Shown here: in pieces, positions 54,151-64,000 of the stretch
Layout of the letters: each line of letters opens with the position of its first letter
Position numbering within the stretch: position 1 is the first letter of the stretch
Assembly (NCBI GenBank): GCA_964016885.1
Contig: OZ024741.1
Location: 194,308,001-194,372,000 of the forward strand
Origin: Eledone cirrhosa
Taxonomy: Eukaryota
DNA: 64,000 bases
Reading direction: 5' to 3'
The notes under the pieces: generated by a model
Told to the model about the DNA's origin: nothing
Seen by the model: only the letters and a program-made list of their open reading frames with translations
The model's database searches: none
Made by a program: the position numbers and the translations under genes

Positions 54151-54642
54151 TTGCTATCATGGCCATCATTTGTCATTATCAGTTGTTAAGTTGATGTTAA
54201 TTTAGTTAATTAGGAAAATGATTTAGCCATACAGTGTCCACCAACCATGTGTGTTAATTAATCTGAATTAAGACTTGATAATGAGTGAAAATATACAATT
54301 AGGTTACAAACAAAGGATGGTAGTTTAGTGGTTGTGTTGAATGTTACAGCAACCACAACAACTTGATATCATGTCTTTAACATTAAAAACTACAATGTGT
54401 CATATCTTGAACCCTTTCAATACCATACTTCTAATAAAAGACAATGCCTAGGATTTGAAAATATTTTTGAAAATAATCATGAAGTGTTTGTAATCTACAT
54501 AATAAACACACCCAGTACACTCTCTAAAGGAGATGGTGATAGGAAGGCCATCCAGCTATATAATGCTTGCCAAATAAAGGATCAGAAAGATTTTCAGCTG
54601 TGTCAAAGACATGATGGCCTCCTTAATGTTGGTAACCTACAT

Positions 54643-54958
54643 CAGTGGTCACCAACCAGTGGTCTGTGGACCACTAGTGGTCCGAGAGAAAATTTTGGTG
54701 GTCCGTGGACATAATTTGCAATTTTTATATTTTATTAATAGTAAAACAAAAATAATAATTGGTTAAAATATATTTTATAACCCCGCTAAAAAATGCTTCT
54801 CCTCAGTAAAGAACAAACATGTACTATCTATTGACAATATGACACTTTTACACTTCAGTATTGTTTTGACCTTTGACCATTAATTCATATTAGTGGTCCA
54901 CAGGATTTAAAATTATGAATTTAGTGGTCCGTGAGGTTCGAAAGGTTGGCAACCGCTG
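54643..54958. mobile_element. hAT (Charlie-like) MITE
   Basis: TIRs CAGTGGTCACCAACC / GGTTGGCAACCGCTG; 8-bp TSD ACCTACAT/ATCTACAT; sits in tandem decayed RTE-tail units (54490-55400). Confidence 0.85.
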
Positions 54959-55399
54959 ATCTACATGATATGCACGCCCAGTACATCCCCTATAGAGGTT
55001 GGTGATATGATGGACATCCAGCCATAAAAAGATGCCAAACAAAGGGTCAGATGGATTCCAGCTGTGTCAAAGATATGGCAGCCTCCCTAGTGTTGGTAAT
55101 CTACATGATAAACACACGTAGTATCCTCTATAGAGTGGTTGGTGTTAAGAACAATATTCAGTCATAGAAAACTCCACACAAAGGGTCAGAGGACTATTGA
55201 GCCATTTCAAAGAAAACAATCTCATTGTTGGTGACATGATAAAATACACTCAGTAGAGCAAGGTAACATGTATAAGCAAGATGTTGACCCATGGCCAATC
55301 TGCGAGATCAGTAACTCTACTTGAGAACTGACTGTCTGTGAAGAGCCCTTCAACTTTTGCTTGCAGGGAAGACAGATGTTAAATGATGATGATGATGAT

Positions 55400-55630
55400 C
55401 ATCAAAAATATTTATGAAATCAGACATATTTATGACATCTTAAGTATTCATAACATCAGACATATTTATAACATCAGAAATATTTATGACATCTTAAATA
55501 TTCATAATATGAGATATTTATAATATCAGAAATATTTATAACATCAGGCATATTTATAACATCAAAAATATGACAGTAGGCATATTTATGACCTCTTAAA
55601 TATCTATAACATCAAAAATATCTATGTCAT
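55400..55630. repeat. ~19-bp minisatellite
   Basis: CATATTTATAACATCAGAA variants. Confidence 0.75.
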
Positions 55631-56267
55631 CATTTATAAGTATGAAAATTATTTACTAGGTCTTTGTGAACCTTTCAGTGACAGCACAAGAGTTGCAGGT
55701 ATTTTTACCTAACACAGTGATTTCAAAATCCATGAGTCAGAGGATAAAATCAAATGTTTTTCTGTAATCAACTCATGCTGCTACAAAGTTCCTACACTTT
55801 TTTCTCTGGCAGAAGAGCTTCATTTATTAAATGTTGTTTGTCACATTCCCATATTTCCTTCTTTTCATCTGCCTATTCATAAGTCCCTACACTGTTGGAG
55901 GAATTATCTTAAAGGGCTTGTGTACAGATTATACATAATGTATAAGCAGGAGTAGTCATCTAGCTTTTTACAAATTGGGTGTTTTTATTCCTTGCTAGAT
56001 TTGTCCATGCTATACCAAGCCAATGCTATGTTAATATGGTCGTCCATAATTCTATAAAATATACATATCAGATGTCTTTCATTTTTACATCTGCTTTTTC
56101 AATACTGGTATTCCATTCTTTAAAATATCTTGAATGAGATTTCACCTATTGTGTTTTTATTGTGTCTTTCTAATATGTAGCTTTCCTACAGCTTTAGTGA
56201 AAGTGTAAGTTTTATTGTTGATTGTGGGGTAAGCATTCCTTTCTGAGTGTATTGTGGTTAATGTGGA

Positions 56268-56600
56268 TGCAGCATTACCAAATGGTTAAGAAATTCACTT
56301 CCCAATCATATTTCCTGGGTTCAATCCCACTGTTATTTGGTGCAAGTGTCATTTACCGTACCCTTGGGTTGACCCAAGTCTTGTGAATGAAATTGGGTAG
56401 ATGGAAACTGTTTGGAAGCCAGTTGGATGGACTGTACCTGTAATTCAAAGGGCCAGCTTCGTCACACACTATGTTAAGCTAAATCTCCTTAAAAATAACA
56501 TTAAAGTGCCTGTGGAATGCTCAGCCACTTACACTTCTATTTCATGAGCTGGCTGCTCCATTGATTGAACAACTGAAGCACTCATCATCAAAACTGACAT
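56268..56600 (+). mobile_element. Old tRNA-derived SINE
   Basis: TGGTTAAGAA..GGGTTCAATCCC boxes and a diverged core. Confidence 0.55.
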
Positions 56601-57449
56601 TATGGCCAGTGCTGAATTTAAGCAGAAGCTAAACAGACCACAGCTCAGGACATCAGAACCTGCAGTGGTCTCGAGAATTAAAAGGCAAAATATGTTTTCA
56701 AAATTTGTGAGAAATTTTAGTGGGAATTTTTAACAAAGGGCATAAAAATGTTATATAGATAAGAGCTTCATCCAGTCTAAATCTAGCACAACACTAATAA
56801 TGGTTAAAAATCAATGCCTTTTTTCAAAATCTTAGACAAAATATTTAAGATTTTCCTGAAAAGGTGCCGTTTTTTTTTTGTTTTCCTTCATTTCCCAGTA
56901 TACAGCTTAATATAAACATGTGGTTAATGATGGTTTGTTGGTGCTGTTTTCAGAGAGGGTGCTATTAATTTCCCCCAAAGAGTTTGACATGTAGAATCTC
57001 CATACAGTTTAGTCAGTGATTTACATAAGATATAATTGGTGTGTGGTGAAATGATTATTCACCTCACACATTATGATACACTTTAGATGTCTGAGTCTTT
57101 GCCACAGACTGTTGACATTTTCTTGTTTTGTTATTGATGGTTCAATTCTTATCATAATCCACTGCTAGTATTTCAAGCATCATTGTTCCAATATGTTTTC
57201 ACTTCAGCTCAAGAAATACCATTGATACATTGTTCCCTTCCACATCTATCGTGTTTAGAATTTACAAAGATTCTACTCAAATAATTGTGTTAAATTTGAA
57301 GCTGAATCTGTTCTTTAGTTATCTCAATCAGATTGTGATGGTGTTGGTGTTGTTGTTAATTGATGCTGGTGCTGATCAATCCACAGGTATACTATGGTTG
57401 GGATACTTTGGCCATGGTAATGGTAATTCTTGTGATAGTAAATTGCCAA

Positions 57450-59470
57450 ATATAACACTGCTTACTCCATATATAACACTGCTGACTCCATATATAACAC
57501 TGCTCTGTCCACATATAACACAGCTCCTTCCATATGTAACACAGCTACCTCCATACAGTGGCGGACTGGGTCTAAAAATATTGGTTGCCAGGAGATAAAG
57601 GGGGCCCATCCATATATAGAATGCTATCATTTGATTTTTATAATGAATAAATAACATTTTCAAAAAATACATAGGTGAAAACAAAATAGTGCAATCAAAT
57701 TTTTGTGGGAAAAAAATGTATTTTTTACTAATTATAATGTATATATACTGTACATATTACTGGCAGTATACAGAATGTTAATACAGAATGTTATAATTGA
57801 ATTTTTAAAGAATTGTGAATGTATAATATACTGTTATTTAGAGTAGAGTATGCAAGTGACCTTTCTTATCTTCTCCAATAAAAGTACCTTGCAAAATATG
57901 CACATCCAGGGACTTTCAATAATGACCTTTGGTCTTTCACATTTACTCAATATATATATCTAGGAGTGTGTGTATGTGTGTACAAGTACATGTGTATATA
58001 TAGATTTATATATATATGTATACATACATGTTTTCAACTTGTACAAAAATTATTTGGAGATTCATTCTGACCCCTAATTGATTTTACATATGTCCTTAAC
58101 CCATTGATTATTTGTCCAGCAGCTCCTGTGTATGTGTGAGTATATGTATATATATTTATATATAGTCCATGTAAGTATGCATGCATGAATGAATTCAGTA
58201 AGCTATATATTTAGACAACCAGTGATTCTAGATGTGGCCACTATCATATATTTTGGTTTCTATTAATTCTCTAGGGAATTGTTTGACCAAATGCTTTGCT
58301 TATTTGTTTATTTAATTTAATTTAATTTTATTCTTTCTGTAAGAGTATTTTTTAAAGATATTTTTTGAAAGCAAAGTATTGGTCCCTAAAATACTCCAGT
58401 GGGCCCTTGCCATTGGGTAACCTGGCAACCTCGCCAGTCCACCACTGCCTCCATATATAACACTGCTCCCTCCACATATAATACAGCTCTCTTCACATAT
58501 AACATTGCTCAATGGGTAACACTTCTAACTCAAGAGATAACACTGCCCACTCCACATATAACACTACCCACTCACCATATAACACAGCCAACTCACCATA
58601 TAACACTGCCCAATCCACATATAACACTGCTCTCTCAACATATAACACTGCTCTCTCAACATATAACACTGCTCACTCCACGTATAACACTGCCCACTCC
58701 ACATATAACACTGCTCTCTCAACATATAACACTGCTCTCCCAACATATAACACTGCTCACTCAACATATAACACTGCTCACTCAACATATAACACTGCTC
58801 ACTCAACATATAACACTGCCCACCCAACATATAACACTGCCCACTGACCATATAACACTGCTCACTCCACATATAACACAGCCCACTTCACATATAACAC
58901 AGCTCTCTCAACATATAACACTACCCACTCCACATATAACACTACCCACCACATATATAACACTGCCCACTCCACATATATAACACTGCCCACTCCACAT
59001 ATAACACTACCCACCACATATATAACACAGCCCACTCCATATAACACTGCCCACTCCACATATAACACTGCCCACTCCACATAACACTGCCTACTCCACA
59101 TATAACACTGCCCACTTCACATATAACACTGCCCACTTCACATATAACACTGCCCACTCTACATATAACACTGCCCACTCTACATATAACACTGCCCACT
59201 CTATATATAACACTGCCCACTCTACATATAACACTGCCCATTCTACATATAACACTGCCCATTCTACATATAACACTGCCCACTCTACATATAACACTGC
59301 CCACTCTACATATAACACTGCCCACTCTACATATAACACTGCCCATTCTACATATAACACTGCCCACTCTACATATAACACTGCCCACTCCACAGATAAC
59401 ATGCCCACTCCACAGATAACACTGCTCACTGCACCTATAACACTGCTCACTCCACATATAACACTGCTCA
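57450..59470. repeat. 21-bp minisatellite (CATATAACACTGCCCACTCCA)n split by a MITE
   Basis: Arrays at 57450-57555 and 58448-59470. Confidence 0.92.
57556..58447. mobile_element. hAT non-autonomous element
   Basis: TIRs CAGTGGCGGACTGG / CCAGTCCACCACTG; perfect 8-bp TSD CCTCCATA. Confidence 0.9.
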
Positions 59471-61025
59471 TTTAAAGTCTAGAGAAGTCTAATTACTGAA
59501 TCTGGGATATCTAACAATATCTGATGTATGTGTAAATATATGAATGGATCTCTAATTTAAGCACAATCCAAGACATTTTGGATAAAGGCAAAGTTGATTA
59601 AATCACCTTCTGTACTTGATTTATACTTTATTTTATCAACCCCAGAAGGATGAATTTGAACTCAGAATCTAAAGAGATCTAAAGAGAGATGAACTAACAT
59701 AGAATGGTGTTTTATCTGACAATCTGCTAATTCTGCCATTCCATACTACATAGTAATGTAACATTAAATTAAATCTATGCCTGTGGTAGACACACACACA
59801 AACAAGGCAAATCAACCACACAAACATAAACAATCTTCAGTTTTTTACAAAGGAAACATACACAAAAAATAGAATGGTAATCCAAATATTAGTTATAGGA
59901 AGATGTTAAAAGAAATTTCTTATTTTGTCCAAATATTTATTTCATTTTTTTATGTTTTAGTTATTTGTTTATTTTAAATTGGTTTCATCCGTTAATCCAA
60001 GAATATATCCATATTCACCCCCACGCCACTCCAATTTCCAACTCTCTCTCCCTTTCTCTCACTCTGTCTCTCTCCACATTCTCTGCCACCACTAGCATCA
60101 CTATCAGCATGACTATGATCACTACCCCTGCTACAACTATCAACAACAGCTGTCACTGCTGTACCACCACCACCACCAATCCAACACTGCCACCATCATC
60201 ATCACCACCACCACTACCACCACCGCCACCACCACCACCACAACAACTACAACATTAGTAACAAGTTGCCTGTATTATATGCTATTTGCGTGACTGATTG
60301 ACTAAGCTTGCCATTATTTATGACAGAAAATAATAAAGCTGTTTGAGGTAACTATTTTTCACAACTGGATGCCTGGCAAATATTGATTTTTCAATTGTTC
60401 GTGAAAATTTTCTCTTACAATGATAGAATGGTTTTCTACTATGGTTCACTCATTGCCTGATCGCTTCTGCTTTTGGTTCCTTTTGGTTTCTTTTTTCAAA
60501 AGTAATCAACTATCATAGACTACAGGGAAGAATTGGTTAGTCAAAATACTACAGACTTCAGTGAGTCAATTTAGTTAATTTACAATGAATAATTGGTCAG
60601 TCAAAAAAGCTCCATATACATAAGTGATGAAACTTTGTTTTTGGCTTATTTGAGTTCCAGTAGGGAGCAAGGAAGGGGTGCATAACCTTGACAATGGCCA
60701 TGAAGCCAGAAACAGTTGTCGGTTGCTTCCCTTTGCTTCTGCTAAAACAAGGTAGATGGCATCAGTTGGTGTCAGGGCCTCTGGTCTCCATTACATCACA
60801 AAACACTCGACTGTAGAATGAGCTGTATTCATTACGTTTTGTGGTTCACCACTGGATAGAACTGGTCATTCCATTAAATTAATAAAATTAACCCCTCCCC
60901 CCACACACACATATATATATACGCTTAAATTTAGTAGTTCACCATATAGTTTTTTTATAAACCTTTAGCTTGACCCCAATAGAATATCATTCTCCATAAC
61001 CCGATATTCTCTACCCCTAATATAC

Positions 61026-61510
61026 ATATATAAAGGTGATAAAATCTAACCTTGTGCAAATGCACCTCTCAAAGACAATGACACAGGATCAAGATCTTTG
61101 GCGTTATGCAGTAATACAGAAGACATGTCTTTCCATGTGCACAGACTCAAACACACATCTTGAAAGCACCTCTTAACCACTATACTCCCTTCCATACACC
61201 CCAACTTCAGTCCACACCACCCTTGCACTGTAAAGTTATGTTGGTATCACAAAAAGCGTCCAGCCCACACTGTAAAATGTTTGTGTAGGTGTCACGACAA
61301 AAAGCACCCAGACCACAATGGAAAGTGATCATGTAGGTGCCACGACAAAAGGCACCCAAGTCACACTGTCAATGTGCTTGGCGTTAGGAAGGGTATCCAA
61401 CTGTAGAAATCTTACCAGAAACAGTTCTGTATGAGAAAAAACACTGTCACCTGACCCAACTTGTCTCAAATGAGACAACCTGTCTAAGCCATGCTGAAAG
61501 TGGACATTAA
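61026..61510 (+). mobile_element. Old RTE 3' end and UTR
   Basis: Diverged match to the RTE ORF end and tail. Confidence 0.65.
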
Positions 61511-61658
61511 TGATGGTAATGATACATTTATACATATACATGATGGTAATGATACATTTATACATATACATGATGGTAATGATACATTTATACATATACA
61601 TGATGGTAATGATACATTTATACATATACATGATGGTAATGATACATTTATACATATA
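61511..61658. repeat. 30-bp tandem repeat, 5 copies
   Basis: TGATGGTAATGATACATTTATACATATACA. Confidence 0.95.
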
Positions 61659-61972
61659 CGTGGAGGAGACAGCACCTTCTTCAAGACTTGGCTGTCAAAT
61701 TTTTTCACATGTGTGTAGTAGTGGCGCCCACACACATTATTAGCTATTTGAAAAGATGATGGATTTCGCAACTGACTGCACCAGGGTTCCTGTTCCTCAG
61801 GGAACCACACTATATGGCGGACAGGGAATTCTGGGGCATGAGAGTGAGATCCATCATCTCGACAGTAGTCGAAGAATGATGATGATGATGATGATGACAT
61901 ATACATATAATCATCATCATCATCATCACCGTTTTACATCCATTCTTCCATGCTAGTATGGGTTAGATGGAG

Positions 61973-62016
<44 letters not shown>

Positions 62017-62100
62017 AATATATAAACATATACATATGTACATATATATATATATATACATATATTCACACATATATATATATATATATATATGTATGTA

Positions 62101-63386
62101 TAGTGAAAACTGGAACGGGAACGAAAACAGAGAGGCAGTACAAACAAAGGTTTATTAGTTTCACGCTCTTGAGAGTGGGGGGGGGGGGACAACGTTTCGG
62201 GCATAAGCCCTTCTTCAGGAGAAAAGTGGGTGGGAAGAGAGTTCCGAGGGTGTGTGGGGGAGTGGGAGAGAGACATTTAGAAAAACGGGGGGGAGAGAAA
62301 AGGGAGGAAAAACGGTGGAAGGAGTACAAATAAAAATAAACAAAGATAAACAAGAGGTGGAAGGGTGTGGGGCGTGTAGGGGTGGTGGCGGTTGGAGTAG
62401 GGAGAGGGAGGTGGGGGGTCCGAGCGGGGAGGGCTGAAGGTGGTGTGTGTGTATGTGAATGTGAGAGTTGGGGGAAGAACAAGGTTCCATGTTCAGGAAA
62501 AGGTGTGTGGGTGGGGTGTGCGTGCGTGTTGATGGGGTGGGGGAGGATTCCGGAGGCTGAGTGTGTATCTATGGGGGTACGCACGTGTGTGTTGGTGTTT
62601 ACACGTGGTGTGGATGTAGGTGGCGTGATTCTAAAAAGAATTGTGAGTATGTCCGTGGGTAAGTTCCTAAGGTAGTTCCGATGAGTGTGCGAAGAGGTGC
62701 CGGATATTTTTCATGTTATGGAGTGGATAGCTGGAATGATGCCCAGTGGTGTGTAATCTGTTGGTTGTGGTGGTCAGAAGTGGGGAGATGTGGGGTGCGC
62801 GCACAACAGGAAGTGGTCAGAGGGTCAAAGCAGGATGAAGGCATAGCAGTAGAGGAGAATGACAGGTGGAGAAAGTGAGTGTGTGGTGAGGACTGTGTGT
62901 CTGTGTGTGCAGAGAAGTGGTGGACAGGGGAGAGGATGGGTAGGTGTGAAAGGTGGAGTAGGGAGGGGGTCATGTGGAGGGATGGGGTGTGTATTAGTAG
63001 AGGTGTTAGTGGGTGTTAGTATACTGGTGGTGGGGAAAGGGTTGAATACGGGTGTGTTAGTGGTGGTTGGGTGTGTGGAGTGGGTGGTGTATGTAGGTGT
63101 GGGTGGGTGTGTATGGGAAGGTGTGTGTTCGTGTGCGTGGGGTCGGGGGGATGTTAGTGGTATTAGTTGTGGGATGGTTGGAGTGGATGTGTGGGTGAGG
63201 GTTAGTGGTGGTAGTAGGCTGTGTGGATAGTGTGAGTGCGTGTATATATGTACAGGTGTGTGTGTGTGCATGATAGGGGGAGAGGTGGGGATGTTAGTAT
63301 TGTTAGTTGTGGGGTGGGCCAAGCAGGTGGGCAGTGAAAAGGTGGAGTGTGTTAGTGGTGTTAGTGGGGGATATGTGTGTGGGGGG
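62101..63386 (-). mobile_element. Decayed Penelope-derived element with minimal HHR core at 62190-62219
   Basis: Minus strand CTGAAGA-A-GGGC ttat GCCC-GAAA-CG-T-T; stem I is poor; C-rich body. Confidence 0.55.
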
Positions 63387-63409
63387 TATATATATATATA
63401 TATATATAT

Positions 63410-63799
63410 GGAGGCACATGGCTTAATGGTTAGAGCATTGGCCTTGCAATCGAAAGGTTGTGAGTTCAATTCTCAGACCGGGTGATGTGTTGTTTCCTTG
63501 AGCAAGACACTTTATTTCACATTGCTCCAGTTTACTCAGCTGTAGAAATGAGATGATAGGGACTGGGGTCCCTATCATCCCACTGCAAAGTGGACGTGGA
63601 GGTGCCACGGCAAAAAAGCACCCAGCCCACACTGTAAAGTGGACGTGAAGGCGCCACGGAAAAAAGCACCCAGCACTCACTGTAAATGAGGTTGGTGTTA
63701 GGAAGGGCATCCAGCTGTAGAAATCAAGCCAGAATCAGTTCCCATTCCACCCTTGCAAGCAGGGACAAGTGGACGTAAAATGATGACGATGATGATGAT
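63410..63799 (+). mobile_element. tRNA-derived SINE with RTE-type tail
   Basis: Near-identical to the 47071 copy. Confidence 0.88.
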
Positions 63800-64000
63800 A
63801 GAAATATTAAAACAATGAAATTAAACAAAAAACGGTTAATTCATAGTAAAACTCATTATTTTACGATCGTTTCTGGGTGGTAGTTCCCTGTATGTCCATT
63901 CTATTATTGATCTATGTAAAATATATTACAAAATATCATCATCATCATCATTTTACGTCCGCTTTTCCCTGCTTGCAAGGGTGGGACGGGAACTGATTCT

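Noticed and set aside
47615-54189. Pro/His/Thr-rich and His-rich ORFs suggesting a structural or metal-binding protein
   Set aside because: Open in several frames on both strands and frequently frameshifted between units; tandem-repeat artefact
55700-57350. Possible upstream exons or an old LINE remnant on the minus strand
   Set aside because: No clean splice-bounded open frame; motifs too decayed to assign

Overview
AT-rich, repeat-dominated eukaryotic DNA; the SINE/RTE tail sequences suggest a cephalopod (octopus-like) genome, which is an inference. Most long ORFs in the track are (TA)n/(CAT)n/(CAC)n artefacts. Supported content: four phase-compatible minus-strand exons of an adenylate-kinase-like host gene (8.2-15.9 kb); Helitron remnants; RTE LINEs, one with a long open APE+RT frame carrying a PHD-type finger inside the RT; a CR1-clade LINE; Penelope-like elements including a frameshifted Naiad-type copy; tRNA-derived SINEs; hAT MITEs with 8-bp TSDs; and large minisatellites. 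The main hidden structure is a dozen type I hammerhead ribozyme (HHR) motifs from about seven unrelated sequence contexts. These include two non-coding tandem HHR repeat families that look like non-LTR retrozymes (about 420-470 nt with an octamer motif, and 228 nt) and a perfect 338-bp palindrome with an HHR on each strand. A decayed stretch near 46 kb resembles a rhabdovirus-like L polymerase and is a candidate endogenous viral element. All folds and alignments were done by eye.
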